Below, one piece after another: positions 22,201-36,600 of a stretch of 64,000 nt of DNA. The DNA is from Hyphochytrium catenoides. Lineage: Eukaryota; Protista; Hyphochytriomycota. Position 1 is the first letter of the stretch. The number at the start of each line of letters is the position of its first letter. The notes beneath the pieces are model-generated. The model worked only from the letters and a program-made list of their open reading frames with translations. It had not been told where the DNA came from and searched no databases. Position numbers and translations under genes: made by a program. The stretch is taken from positions 54,370 to 118,369 of the forward strand of contig FLMG01000683.1 of the NCBI GenBank assembly GCA_900088475.1, written 5' to 3'.

Positions 22201-23956
22201 AGTGTGCCGGGCACACGACAAGAATCTCCAGGTGCACGACGACGAAGTAAGGAGTTACTCTGGAAAGCTGACTGCAAAAAGGAGTAAGAAGAGTTATATG
22301 TACTGTACGATGGCCGGTAGTGTGGAAGATGATCGCCCTGTCATTATGTCACACCGCTGCTTGTCGTAAGCGGGCGAGCAAGAGCATCACTCTGAGGTGT
22401 ACACCCAGAGGTCCAGACTAACAAGCAAGACAGCAGCCAGTACCATAGGACTGGAGAAGAAGCATGTATCAAAAACGAAGGAATGAATGAGCATGTATCA
22501 AAAACGAAGGAAGGAAGGAAGGAAGGAATGAGCAAAATAGATGACCGCGACGAGTCGTGGGGTGATTAAGTGACCATGTCCCGAAAGATGTGAGAGAAAG
22601 ATCACCTGGTCCCTACTTCCTCCCGCTGCGTTTGTTGCCCATGAGAGCTGAGCCTCCAAGTCCATGAGGGAGTGTCTGTGCACTTCTCTTTCTCCTGCCC
22701 AGCGGGGTCGATGTTCGACAGCTCTCACCTGCTGGTCGTAAAAAAGAGGATGCACCTTCACGCTGACGGACAGTGCAGTCTGGGTACGGGAGGCTCTAAG
22801 ATACTGCAGGTACACAGATGGGATCTGCATAGGAGATTCATGACGACAATGGTGAAAGAGTAAGACTAGAAGGCGATAGTTTACTGAGCCTTAGGAGAGG
22901 CGGAGTTAGTGGTGATGAACTTAAGCTAGAAGCCTAATGGAGAAGCTACTCCCGTTAAAAAAAGATATAGAGAAAGGTCCGACGACGTAGCCTTCGATAA
23001 GTTAGTGCCGAAGGAAAGCAGCACTTACAGCCTTCACCGTTGTATCTAATCCGAGGTTTCTGGCTTGGGCGTGCACCAAGCTACCAGTAGGAGTGTAGTT
23101 GAAGAGAGAAAGAGAGAGACCTTGGCCTCCATCCTTCTCCAGTGACACAAAGATCTTGTTATTCTCCCCGACGCACCGAAGGAAGCCCCACGCCACACAG
23201 AAAAAGCCATCTTCGACGACGCCCTATCCGGGGGAAGATGATATAGGAGAAAAGGCAGGTGCAGATGAGTAAGCGAGACACGGAGAGAAGAGTAGATAAC
23301 CGATTGTGTGGGTAGATAGAGTTAGAGGTCAGAGAGCGAAATAAGACCAGCAAGACTTCAACCAAACAATTGACGACGGAGGAGACAAATGAGAGTGATG
23401 ACACTTGCGGTTTAGGTCAAGAGCAGTAGATGACGAGATAGCGCAGAGTCCGCAGGTAGTTGCAGAGCTCGTCCCCGTTTACTAGCGTAGCCTTACCCGT
23501 GAGGATGATACGTTTGGTCCAAAGTCCAACAACTCCAAAAAGATCATAACGTTTTGCTTCAAAACCTCCTTGAAAGGGAGACGGATCAATAGCTCTTCCT
23601 CCCAAATTACGTTGCCTGCGGCGTCGACAGTTCGAGGGGAGGAAAGTATGGGAAGAACGTATTCACAGGTCTCTGCTGAACGCCTCTCCTCTCCCTTTAC
23701 TATTGTTTGTGCCTCAATGTAGTTAGCAGCTGGGACGTGTGCATGAGGCTTTCTGAGTAGCTCCCCTGCGGATAACGGGTTCTATAAGACAGAATATATA
23801 TATACAGACAGGGTAAGAGAGCATTTCGAAGCGGATCCTCATGAGAACAACGCCGTAGGCAAGAGCAGTCTTTACGATGTGCTCCGTTTCGTCCCCTTGT
23901 ATTCCTCTCCTTCCCTCTCCCCCTTTCTCTCTCTTTCTCTCTCTCCCTCTCTCTTT

Positions 23957-23999
<43 letters not shown>

Positions 24000-25206
24000 T
24001 CTCTCTCTCTCTCTCTCTGTCTTTTTCTCTCTCTCTCTCTCTCTTTTCTTCTTTTGACGGGTTTCCAGATGTACCTTGTACCTTCCTGTCTTCTCATTTC
24101 CTCCACCACTGTGCAAGCTTCTAGTTATTTGCGCATCTTTCTTCTCGTCTATGGCTATTTCTCCTCTCACTATTTTCTAGAATCTAGTCTAGTCCACATG
24201 GAAGCCCCTATGCCAGAAGTCTATTTCTTGGAGGACTCTCGCTCCGTTTACCTGAGGTGGAGTCCACCAGTGTGACCCTCACCACTGGATGGAGGATGTA
24301 CGGGTCTTCCGGCAAATTCTCCACTCCGCCCAGCTTTACCGCCACCACGCAATCTTCAAGCTCCTTTTGCACTTGCAGAGGAACGCGTGCCTTCTCAAAG
24401 ACCAACTCCGACGACCGAGAGCGCTCTTTTCTCAGTCTGGCTGCACTTAGAGCATGCGGATACAGTGGAGCCGGTAGCACACCAGCTAGACAACTGGCTA
24501 GCACTCCCAACCCTGAGGCAAGATGCAAAAGTACCAGAGACCTTAGGGCTTTCATTCACATGGCTGCAGAAAGAGCTGGCAAGGCTTATAACTAATGGAA
24601 GGACCTAAGTTCAGAGCGGCTGAGCCTACTGAAATGTTCGAAGGGAAAAGTTGGAAGATCTGTGGGTCTGAAGGATCACGTGGCCAGAAGGACAGGGGCC
24701 GCGCAATAATACCAAAGGAGAAGTAGCTGTAGAAGATCTGTACCTTGTAGGGCCGGCGAGGTAGACGAACCTTGCAAAGGAGGCAACTGAGCCGAAGAGG
24801 AAGTTGACTTTAGTGGCACGTTCTCATCCGCAGAGGCGTCCTCGTCTTCTTCCCTTCCTTCGTCCTTCGCATCCCGGCTGTGTTGACGTCTTTCTTTCCT
24901 GCCCTTGAAAGATGCTTTCTTTTTGCCTTCCTCATGTTTACCATTCTGCTCTCCTTCCTCCGAGGAATCCGATGGCAGCTCCTCCGACTTCGCTCTGTTT
25001 CTGGATTTACGTACCCGTAACGGTCCGCTTTCACTGCTTACTGCCTCCTCCTTTGTGGACTGTGAAGATTTTTTTGCTTGACCATCGCTCTTTGGCTCTG
25101 CCCCTGATTCTTCTGACTGTCGAAGACTTCTTCTCTTGGTTGCAGAGCTCATCCGCACGGATGACGCCTTGGGGTTGACCTCATCCTCCTTCTCTTCTTC
25201 CGCCAT
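19211..25206 (-). CDS. AHI1: Jouberin/AHI1-like ciliary transition-zone protein (C2-like region + WD40), multi-exon
   Basis: Charged N-terminus, then [72 protein letters not shown]...[13 protein letters not shown] and [19 protein letters not shown]. The last exon is inferred (LLEQRK...GNSL*). Confidence 0.85.
23925..24045. repeat. Imperfect (CT)n/(GA)n microsatellite in an AHI1 intron
   Basis: Long CT-dinucleotide tract; similar tracts occur at ~3100-3141, ~4100-4150 and ~6762-6806. Confidence 0.95.
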
Positions 25207-26241
25207 GTCGCCTAAACGAAGCTCTCAAGTCTCACCCGCGTCCATTGGACTACCTAAACAAACTTATCATGAACCTGCATCACTGCCTCCTCATCTCTTA
25301 GAGTTTGATGAAGACGTCCACTCGGGCTCAGAGTTCTCCATCGGAAGACCTGTGCCTCTTCTGCCACTTCATTCTTCTCTCCACGTCTCCTCTCTCTTTC
25401 TTGCTCTCTCTGTCCACTGCTCCTCACTCACCTCCTATCTCCTATCACTTTCGGTGACATTTCTCCCTCTGCCCTGCTGCCCATCGGCCATCCTCCGCCC
25501 ACAGGCTAGTCGGTCCGCTTCATGTCCGCTTCATGGATCGAAGGGCCATGGGCCATCGAATCTCACGACTCCATCAAGGTCACGACGCCATCACCTAAAA
25601 TGAACCAACAACCCTTATAAAAAAACGGACAGAACCCTTGGTGAGACCTCCTCCAGTAGTAAGGTTGGTCCATGGTGAGACAAGAACAAGAACGGAGAGA
25701 GGGAAAGACAAGAAGATGTCGGTTACAAGAAGTTATCAATGTTATTGATATGTGATAACCGATAATCTCAGAATCTCTTTTGATTCTTATGACCGTTAGC
25801 GGCTATTGTCGGTCCCTGAATGGGGTTGTGCTTGGTGTCTGTCTCTGTGTTGAGCTTCTCATCCATCACAAGCAAGGCACCAAGTCGCGCCAGCAGCCTG
25901 TCTATGATCATCAGGCTGAGGAGGAATGAAGTTCAGCATCGATGAAGCTCAACAAACTTCGTCCCCACGTTGACGCATCTGCGGATGAGATCAGTAGCGA
26001 GCTACTGAGGATGAGCAGGGGAAGACAGATACAGATCGATGTGCCCCGAAGTGCCAACTAAGGAGGAATGACGTAAGGGCAGAATCCTCTTACCCTCCCA
26101 CCTTGTTCCAAACCCCATTTAACAGGAAACAGCAGCCACCATCCTTTCTTGACGTAGGGAGTGGTGTGGGGACCTGAGTTTGGTTGAGTTGAGCATGAAC
26201 GGACAATTCCAGTGAGAGAATTAGCGTAGGCCTGCCATGCC

Positions 26242-28277
26242 ATGAGTGCGCCTAGGGACCGAGGGACAGAAAGAATGGCTTCAGCAAGCATGAGAGGTGA
26301 ACGAGACAAGCCAGCCGGCAAGCTCTCTTCCTTGGGCCAGTTCGTGGCCGGGTCGTCCTCGGGGATGATTGTCCAGCTACTTCTTCAGCCGTTAGATGTT
26401 ATCAAGACGAGACAGCAAGGATCTTTCGTCATCACTGCACCAGAGAGTGGGAAGGGCATCCTTCATGCGCCACAGACCGCTACTGGCCGTGGCCCTTCCG
26501 TGGTCTCAACGGTGCGGAGCATTGTGGGGACTGATGGAGTACAAGGTAGGGGCTCACTCCTCTCGACAATTTTCACAACCAACGCAGCCTTGCACAGGCT
26601 TAATTGCACTGCTACTCCGCCTCTGTCTTTGGGCCGTAGCATCATCCTTCCTCTTCCTTCTTGACTCTATGCTACTCTTCACTTCTCTGCTTCTCTTCCA
26701 AGCCTTCCCCAATGACGTTTTGGCAAGGACAATCCCGCCTCTTGACCTTACTTATATAATCCTTTCAATCTTCGTACTCTCCTCACCTACTCAGCCGTTC
26801 GCTTGCTCTTCCCTTCTGTTTGGTCCCGTTGCTGCATACCCTGCGGATTCTTACACTAGGACTATGGCGAGGTTCAGTTCCTACAACGCTCAGAGTGGGA
26901 CTTGGGGCAGGAATCTACTTTGTACTTCTGAATTCCTTTTTAGAAAAAGAGGTGGCGGGTCAGAAGGACCTGCAGAAGAAACCTTCAGGGGCAAATGCTT
27001 TCCTGTCTGGAGCGCTGGCTCGGAGCATTGCAGGCTCCCTGCTCTGTCCACTGACGGTTGTCAAGGTGAGGATCAGTGCGTGCCCAGAATATCGTGGAAT
27101 CGAAGCGAGTCGGGTTCCGTTGAATCTGTTCCTTTTTTTTCGCGCTTTGAGGTTTGACATCTTACTCTTCTTCACTTCCCCGCGTGCCTGGATGGACACT
27201 TTTAGTCCTTCGGTCCTCTTTTACATCTCCTTGTCTGTACGCGTGTGTCTCTCTTAGTCCTCGCTCCGCCGACGTGTTCCTCCTTCACCTCTCTACCTCT
27301 TCTTCCTCCCCTCATGTGATAAACAGAGAGACACCGTTCTCTGCAAAGCATTCGCCTCTTCCCGACCACGCCTATCCTGAAGACCTTTTCAAGTCGGCCC
27401 TCGTTTGCTGACTGGGGCTTTTCCTTGCATCTGTTTCTTTCTTCAAGGTTCGCTTTGAGTGGGGCATGAAGAGCGTGTATAAGAGTACGAGCCAAGCGTT
27501 GATAGGAATAGCGCGGACCGAAGGTCTAAGAGGGCTCTACAGTGGGCTGGTGGCCACAATCCTGAGAGATGCACCTTTTTCCGGCCTTTATGTCATGTTC
27601 TATTCACAGTGCAAGCACACACTTGGCAGGCTTAGAGAGCAAAAGGTAGGTGGAGCAATCAAGGCTAGTTGCTCAGATTAGCCCGACCTCTAGAGGAACA
27701 ACTGGCAGGAGGGATAGACACTTTCTCATTTTTTGGGTATCACTGTCATTGCTGGTCTAGTCACCCTTAAAGTAGTTGCGCTGTCGGCCTTCATATACTG
27801 CTACCTCATCCTGGCCAACCTCGTTTTACATACCCTTACTTCAAGCTTCGGTAGAGCTTACTGCTCTCAATTCGACCTCCGTCCTCCATACTAACGTATA
27901 GATATTCCCTTCTACCTTCCCAGCATCTCACACTCGTGCCCGAGGCGGCTGTCCATTTTACCTCGGGCATTACCGCAGGCTTGACAGCAACCGGGTTGAC
28001 TCACCCTTTCGACGTCATCAAGACAAGAATGCAATTACCTCCAACCTATCTCCATGAAGGAAAAGCAGAAGCTCCCTCATCTCTTACTCATCCTTCCTTA
28101 GGGTCAGGACGAGGAACCAGAGTCGCATTTCTGGAGGCTGTGAAGAAGATCATTGAAGAGGAAGGAGTGAGAGGTTTCTTTCGAGGCGTGGGGTCACGGA
28201 TGGTAAAGCGTGCTAGTGCCACTGCTCTGACGTGGACTCTCTATGAGGAAGCCGTGTCGCGCTCTAAGCTCAAGTAA
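26242..28277 (+). CDS. SLC25A38: Mitochondrial carrier, SLC25A38/Hem25 (glycine carrier)-like, multi-exon
   Basis: Three carrier signatures (QPLDVIKTRQQ, CPLTVVKVRFE after splicing, HPFDVIKTRMQ), plus GLWRGSVPTTLRVGLGAGIYF, ATILRDAPFSGLYVMFY and RMVKRASATALTWTLYEE, typical of the SLC25A38 subfamily. Confidence 0.85.
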
Positions 28278-28579
28278 GAGAGAACCGTTAGAGCTCTCAG
28301 GGAGCCTGACACTTCCTAGGACTGCGGGGAAGGGACTCAATTTATGGGGGAAATGAGGCTAGAGGCTGACCTAGTCTTCTCGACTCTCTATTTATTTCAC
28401 ATAAACTTTCTGATGCTCGCAAGGTCTCCAATATGGGAAAGGATTTACCTTCTATTCCATAACATAAATATCATGGCACTCTGCCAGTGCCAGCTTGTTC
28501 CCCTTTCCTGCCTACCAGGACATGCACAAGTGACTGCCCCGCATTACGGTTAGTAAGCTTGCCTCAATCTTCTGCGCAC

Positions 28580-31500
28580 CTAGCCTGTGATGATATCATC
28601 AAATATGCCATACGCCATCTCGCCCTGAGATGGTGGAGCTGGTTGCCGAGGTTGGGGCTGTGTAGCCTTTGAGGTGCTGACTGCTAACTTTCTGCCGGTT
28701 GCTTTTTCCTGGCTAGTAGCTTCTCTAGCGTAGCTAACAGTTAGGGTGCCTCCTACCTCTGAGGTATAGACATGCTCTTCTCGCTGTTCCTTAATTTCGA
28801 CCTCCAACTCTTGGATCGGAGGATGCTCTGACGCTTTTGGGGATGGCTCAAACGTTTCAACCTGAACAAGGCGGCAGGGTAAGGCAACGCATTAACGCCG
28901 TCTCCCTACCATGGAGAGTACGTATAGCAGGCAAGAGGTGGTATGTCGAAGAACTGTAATTCAAGGCTGTGCTGGGAGGTAAGAGCTAAAGCAGGAGACA
29001 TTGCCGCGTATGCAAGGCTAAACAGGAGTGTACGAGGTATAGACAAGAAAAGGGAAGTTGACAATAAAACGGAGATTGCCACAGTTTGCCCTATGACTCA
29101 AAAGGCCTAGACATAGAGAGAGAAAGACTGCAAGAGGGACCGGCAAGAGGGACCATTTAAGAGCGGAGAGAACGAAGAACAGTGAATCATGATATGCTCA
29201 AAGAGACAGCAGAAGTAACGATAATAGCTGGGGAAAAGCCTTACATCGTCTCCGTCTTTGGTGATCTCGATAAGCTTATTGGACGCAGCATCAAATCTGA
29301 AATACATGGAGCCCAAGGTTCCATCATAACGATTTTTCTTGACGTCCAGAGACTTTCCCATCTGTCCTCGCTGTAAAATCAAGACATTGTCGGCCTCCTG
29401 GGTAGCCTTGGCCGAACCAAAGACAGAACTGATGCTAAGAGCTGAGTCCTCCTGCTCCTTGCGAGGATGGATTACCTACAGGGTACGGTTAGAGACGACT
29501 TGGGAAGCTAGCAACAGACAAAAGGGGAAGTGCTCAAGTAATGAGAATCAGGAACGCAAGAGTTGTCTTGCAGTTCAAGGACGTGGTGAGAGACAATGAA
29601 GCATATAGTCAGCCAGATAATCTATCTTACCAGTGTTATGTGAACGTCTTTCGCAGAGGCAAAGGCTCTAAGTTTTAGAATAGCGGTATCCTGAAGCTCA
29701 AACTTGTCAAAGACCTTGACAGCTTGTCCACTTAGCATAAACTGCAGATTATCCAAGATAATGTGCTGCACATCGTAAGCATAGACCGCATGTTCCATGG
29801 CATCTAAGATCTCTTCAATCCGTGTGCTGCCATAAAAGCGCAGGAAGTACAAGGGAATCTGTGCGAAATCATCTGCCACCTGAGTTCAAGTGTGAGGAGT
29901 GGCCACGACAGAGGGTTGGAGGAGAGGGAGATTAGACCCTAGAGTCAACGCCAGATCTCTCCGATCTGTAGCTTCCATCCGAAATATGCTGCAAGTTGCC
30001 CGGTGACCCTTTACTTCCTAATATCATCCTCGTTTCATGGACATTCCCCAAACGTCGCGCTTGCGTCTCCCTTGCCTGCCGCAATCCAAAAACCCGAAGT
30101 GCTTGGTACCCTCTTACCTTGTCAAACAAATGGATCTTATCTATAAGACTGAAGCCGGCCATTTGACTCATCATTTTGCGGACCAAGCGAGTGTTTTTAA
30201 TTTCAAAGCTTCCCCACAACGTGCGGACGTCTTGTTGCGCCAGGTCTAGCGACAGCTGACTCAAAAATGTGGTCTTTCCCACCCCCGTGGGTCCTGTCAG
30301 CACCGTCAGTTCTCCTTTCCTATGTCCCTTTAAAAGCTTGTTGAGGGTTGGAAAGGTCCGGACACTGGTGCCCGCCATCTGTCCAGGATTGAGGATCTCG
30401 CGGTATATCTAACAAGTGGGCAATAAGAGGCGGATCCAGAGTCATAAAGCAGGAATGGGAAGGCCAGAGAGAAACAAGCGTAATGAGACGTTGTGGAACT
30501 TGATAGAAGAAAGAGACCGACGATGAAAGAGAAGTAAGGCTTCACCAAAGACAACGACTGCCGAGAGTGAGAGTGTCTGTTAGGATAGGAACTTAGAGGG
30601 AAATGAAGAACAAAGCTGTGCCTTTCTTTTAGCGTCGTACCTCATCCCTTAGCTCATGAAATTGAACAATCTGCTTGTGGGGCGGAGGCGCTGCCCTTTC
30701 TATCATTTGCGGAATATTCCATCCTCGACAAAGAGCTTCGTTCGCATCCTTCGGCAGCTTAGAAAGCTCTTCCTCTGTGCAACCTGGGACGGGAGTGGTT
30801 ATCTCAGCTTCACCAACCCCTCGACTCTCCTGCAGGCATTTTTCTTTATTTGAGCTTCAACTTTTTTCCCTCCTAGCCCTGTTAAATAGGCCGCCGAAGT
30901 CGGTTCTCCACGCTTGTAAGATGCCCTTTGCATACCTGCAGGAGCATCGGCCCTAGAAGGAGTCACCAATAGGCAGCGAGCAGGTCCCAGCTTTTTGATG
31001 AACTTCTCAGCCCCTTGCTGGCCAGGCACATCATTGTCCATCCAGAGTATGATCCGTTCAAACCGTTCTAACAGTTGGACCGTTTCCGGAGGGAGAGACC
31101 CACAGCCATTGGGAAGAGAAAGTGCGGGCAGGCCAGTTGCCTGGTAAACTGACATAGCGTCGTACTCTCCCTATTGAAGAGAAAGTGTGAGCGTCATGCT
31201 TCCCTCGAACTCCCTCAATGTATTATTGCTCTAACAGGTACTGTTGCCCTTACAGAAACAACCTCCTGCTGCAACCCTCAGCCCGTTTCCAAAGAATGCT
31301 CCTCAAGCCTTAACTCGACCAAACAGTGCAGCTGCTCGCCCCAATCCCCTTTGAAATCTTATGCCCGGCCAGACTTGCCAGAATCATTTTATGCCCAAGG
31401 CTCGGCCACCCATTGAACGCGCATTCCCGATATTGTCTATTCAACTGCCCCTATATCCATCGTTGACAAGAGTGAGATAAGCTGGAGGCGCTCATACCTC

Positions 31501-33008
31501 GGTAAGGACAATAGACTTTAGAGAAGAGTCCAAGGCCACGAGATGCCAGCCAAAGAGCCCCCAGCCGCCTCCAGTAGGTACCAGCTTCTGTTTCCCTTTA
31601 TCGCTCAGGCAACGTGCCTTCAAGCGTGTAACTATCCACTCTCTATCCTTCAAGCTCTCACCATCTTTGAAAATCGGATTCCGACCCAAGATCTAGCATA
31701 AGAGTGAGGGCAATCGGCATCGTACCAGGGTGAGACGAACTGAAGCTAGGATAAGACAAGCACCATTCCGTAGAGATTCAGGAACCTAGGTAGCAACGCC
31801 ATCAAAATGTCAATATTGGGCTTTTGGGCACCTGGTCTGCTTCAGCAGAGTGAATGATCCACGGATAAGTGATACATAGAAGGTTGTCCCACACTTCTCC
31901 TCCTTGACTGAAGGGAAAATAACCTGGTGCCGACCATTGAACGAAGTAGAATGCTGGGGTTAGCCGTGGCTCAGGAAAGATGAGAGCTTAGCTAGCAGAA
32001 TAAAGTCTGAGGGGTGAGAAAGCAGGGTATAACGAAGAGAAGCTACATCTTTATCTGCAGACAGGAGACACACAATTATCCGCAATGTATACCTGCGCCC
32101 ACTTCGTACATCTTCAATGTGCTTATCTTCAACTTTCTCTCACGAGTAAGGTACTCCAGGGCAGGGGTAAACCTATCCTCTTTGCTGAAGAGATTCGCAT
32201 GCATCCGCCTTCCAATCTGCTGCTCAGGAAGGCGAACGGGATTTGAGCCACCCAAAGCTGGAGTCGTAGAAGTAGAGTCTGCAGATCCCGAGAGCTGGGA
32301 AATATTGCAGAAGACCAAGACAAAGAGACCGAACGTGGTGTTAGCATCTGACTATGGGAGCCTGAGACGGGAGACAAGCGAACTCGAGGATAATCTACTG
32401 CCAGCACGTAACTCTTCTTCTCGACCAAAAGATCTTGCTTATCCTTCTCAGGATCGTGGGCTAGTTTTTGCATGTTAACAGGGACATTCATCCTCTCTGC
32501 TTACCTTCTGTTTGAAGTCAAACCAGGAGCCTTGAGCCCCACACCGATGGCAGAAGTAAGCACCGCTGCTCCTAGCGATATAAAGCTTCCACATGTTCGA
32601 CGCGTCGCCCTTGACATTCTTGCAGAAGGGACAAATTTTGATGGTGAACTCTGAACCAGTGATCTGCAACACAACCAACGGAAAGAGCTTAGGTTATCCC
32701 ATTCATCCCTTTGCAACGGAGAGAGTGACTGGCAGTACCTTCAGTCCAGCGCTGAGGTTGTGACGCTCAAGGGTAGCCAAAATGGCTGATTCTTCGATCA
32801 CAAAATGCTTTGAGACGAAGGTGGAGAAGTTAGCTGCTGTAGAGTGCGAGTGAAATGGAATGCCATTTTCATGGTCTCTGAGAAACTGCGATGTTGAATG
32901 GAGCAGGTGGGTCGGAAAGTACACCGCAAGCGATGGAGGTAAGGAACCGGCGCAGATGCGAGGCCGAATAAAGCCCTTGACTCTCCTCAGATGCCGCAGC
33001 TGGCTCAT
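28580..33008 (-). CDS. TWNK: Twinkle-like mitochondrial primase-helicase, multi-exon
   Basis: Arg-rich presequence; zinc finger CPFC...YFCHRC; TOPRIM IVLTE|GEYDAMS...ILWMDND; SF4 helicase motifs [41 protein letters not shown] and KNRYDG. Confidence 0.95.
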
Positions 33009-33699
33009 TGTTATCTTCAGACTCTCTTCAGCATCCGCTGAAAACGCTTTGTCGGAACTGGACCACTAGCGCAGCAACTTCATGGGTAGGCGAACGATGG
33101 AGAATGAGAGTTGGCCACTGCTTTTCTAACTTCCCTTACTCAGCTTTTAAAGCAGGCCGTCCTCTCATCTTCAAGCTCTTCTTCTCACTGCTTTCGTCTC
33201 ATACATACTCTGGCTGCATGACAGAGCTCATCCGGGGAAGAATGAAGGTCCTCGGTCGAGCGGCAGCAGCAGGAACAGCCGCGAAGCTGCGTCCTCGCCC
33301 ACCTCCGTTGGTCCCGCCAACTCTGGAATGTGAATTATACAATTTGACGTGATTCAATAACGCTTAATCTCTCACAAGAAGCATGTAAAATATGTTGCAG
33401 CAGTCCCGCAAGTGAACATGACCTTTGCTGTCAATTAACAAGAGGTTTGTCAGGAATAGAATGATCTGATGGGATTGTGAATTGTCAATTACAAGGAAGT
33501 TTTCTTCTTGTAAGGTTGGAAGACAAGGATCAGCTGGAGAGAAAGGATCCTTCTTCTTCCTTGTCGCCTCTGCGGCAGCTGCGCTTCAGAAGCTGGCAAG
33601 CAAAGAGGCACTGAGAGCTCATGAGCTTGCTCGAGCTGCCTGCCTGTCCGTCTATATCTCTTCTTTGTCTGCAGGGACACCGGCCTCTCTATAAGACAA

Positions 33700-36600
33700 A
33701 TGCAGCTCTTTACAGGGCTTCTTGTGCTCGCGCTTCTCTTTGGAAGTGGCGAGAGCTTGCACCATCCGCATCAGCGGCTAGCAAGTGCTTTGGCGAAGAA
33801 AAATAAAGCAAAGAAGCTGCCACCGCTGCAATCCAGTCTGTCTGTGTCATTAGGCTCTCGCGAAAGGCAGACCCCAAGCTCAGCAGATTGCGAAGAGAAG
33901 TGGTTTGACCAATGGATAGATCACTATAACTTCTCTCCCCCACCAGGTCGCCCAACTTGGACTACCTCTTCGTTCGTTTACCATTGCGCTTCCTCTATGC
34001 TTGCTTCACCTTCCTCGTCTGCTGTTTCTGTCCTGACAGTCATTATACTTGCTCTAGTAGTTCACCGCCTCTGGTCGTCTTTCACGATGTTCTTCTAGCT
34101 GAAGAACTATCTCTTGCTCTTAAAAAATATGGCGCTTTCTAGGTGGCAAGCATAGGTACCGTCAGCGCTACTTCGTGTGCGGGCGCGAACATTGGAAGCG
34201 CCCTGATGGCCCCATATTTTTCTACACTGGCAATGAGGCGGACGTCACACTCTACGTCAACCACTCGGGGATCATCTGGGAGAATCAGCAGGAGTTTGGA
34301 GCGCTCGCGGTAATCAGCGCTCTCTTCGTCTTTTTATGACCCTTGGTCCTCCTCCTCTCTCCTTTTTCATGCCCCCTCCGCCTTCTCGTCGCTTTGCATT
34401 CTGTCTCTACCTTCCTCTCTTTCTGGAGTCTCTTTTGGGTCATTACTTATAATCTGCCTCTGGTCCTTCATGTCCTCTTGCTACCTTTCACTTTCAGATA
34501 TATGCAGAGCATCGTTACNNNNNNNNNNNNNNNNNNNNNNNNNNNNNNNNNNNNNNNNNNNNNNNNNNNNNNNNNNNNNNNNNNNNNNNNNNNNNNNNNC
34601 TTTGGTGGAAGCTATGGTGGAATGCTCTCTTCCTGGATGAGGATCAAATATCCCAGCTTAATAACTGGTGCGGTTGCGGGATCAGCACCAGTTATCGGCT
34701 TTCTCGGACAGACCGTAGACTATGACTATGAAAGGTACCGCGAACCCTACCATCGGTGGCAGTACAGTCACCTTCTCTACGCTTCGTAGGTGTCACTTTT
34801 CTCATTGCTTCTTTGATCCCCCTGGTGCTCTCATCTACTCCCTTTGCAAAGTCTTATCTCGATGGTAGGAGAAGTGACTATCCAACAGTTTCTTGGTTCA
34901 CCCTTAGTTTTGGCGTACCGCAACACTGCCCTGGTTTCCCTGGTGCTTTCATATCCACTCCCATTGAAAAGCTGGCAGAGCGTTGTTCTCTGTTCATTAT
35001 ATGCTCTCTTTCCCCTCTCCCGCCTCCAAGAATTAATTTCTTGATTTTTCTGCAGGTACGCAGAAATAGTGACCCGCGACGCGTCGGCCGCTGGTGGAGC
35101 CACCGACAAGTGCAAATGGAATATTCACCGGAGCTGGAAAGTGCTGTTTGATTATGCGAAGACGGAAAAGGGCAGAGTCAAGGTAGAGACGCATCACTCT
35201 AAAACCGCTTTTCTACGCTTTGGATGTAGGACGCGGTGTAATCCCATCTTCCTTAAGGGAGTTGTAGGTGAAACTGTTTGCTCTTCAACTTACCTCGGCT
35301 AGCAGCATGACAAGTGGTCTTTTGGAATCATGGTCGACTCTTACCAGCTGACCCTCATCTTTTAAACGCTCTTTAGCTGAAGACAAGTTTCAGGCTGTGT
35401 AAAGATTTAAAGCATGAGAAGGACGCCTGGGTGTTAGCCAACGCGGTCTCTGGTGCATTAAGTTTCTATGCTATGGGGAGTTATCCCTACCCATCGTCGT
35501 ACATGCTCAACGGTGACGGAGTGCTTCCTGCTTTTCCCATGAGAGTGGCCTGCAATGCCATGGAAAAAGAGGTGGAAACAGAAAAAGAGAAAGAGGACGA
35601 AGAGGAGGAAAAGCTTTTAGCAGGTTTGAGGGAAGTGGCAGGAATATTTTATAACTATAGCCACAGCTTGGAGTGCTTTGACTACGAAACGAATGACGAT
35701 ACTTCCATCGACGGACAGCTTTGGGACTACATTTCCTGTAAGACTTCCTTGTCCTCCCTTATCGTTTGTTCTGTTTTTCTCCCTTCCTTCTTTCTCTCTT
35801 TAGTTGGACCAGTTTGCCAGGTCCGCTCCCTTATAGTTTTGTTCGGCATGCTCTATTCCAGAGCCTGTCGCTTTCATTTGTCCTAATGGTGCCCTGTCGT
35901 CATGGCTAGCTGGACACATGTATAGCGTCTACTTGGGGTTGCCTGGGAAAGGCCTGCGACTAGCTCTGAGACTATCTCTAAGCCTTCAACCTCCCTTTCG
36001 CAACCACTATGTTTATCATTGTCTGCTAATCCCAATATGCGCTTCACTCTGCTCTTTTACCTACCCAACTCTACCACACCATACCGGTGAAGGTTCCAGT
36101 ACCTACATTCCTTTCGGTACCGAAGGCTGGCCTCGAGATATGTTCTGGAGACAGCCTTTCAGTAGAAAGGACGAAGAGAAGAGATGCCTCCAAAGCTGGG
36201 GATTGAGTCCAAGATTTGACTGGCCAGTGCAGAATTATGGGGCAGATGCCTTTGTTGCCTCCCCCTCTAAAACGTCTTCCACACCTTTCTCAAACATAGT
36301 CTTTAGCAACGGGGAGTATGATCCTTGGATGGGAGCAGGAGTGGTGCAAGACATTGGAAAGTCAGTGAAGGCCATCGTCATCAAAGAGGCCGGGCATCAC
36401 TACGACTTCATGTTCTCTGTGAGTACAGCCCAGACTACTCTCGTTAATCCTCCTGCAGCTGCCTCTTCTGTTTAAAGCTAGTAGTCAGCTACTTCTACGG
36501 CTTCTAGCTGACTGGTATTTGCATCTTATTATTGTCCTCTTGATGTCCGCTCGGGATGACCATTGACTCTCTCGTTAGGGTGGAGTACCCAATCTCACTT

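Noticed and set aside
22461-22515. 23-bp direct duplication agcatgtatcaaaaacgaaggaa
   Set aside because: A local intronic slippage next to a GGAA tract with no enclosed element.
23700-24275. ORFs rich in ER/RE or SL/LS repeats (also near 3051, 6671, 11779-12264, 18363)
   Set aside because: These are translations of CT/GA or GAA microsatellites in introns or retroelement tails.
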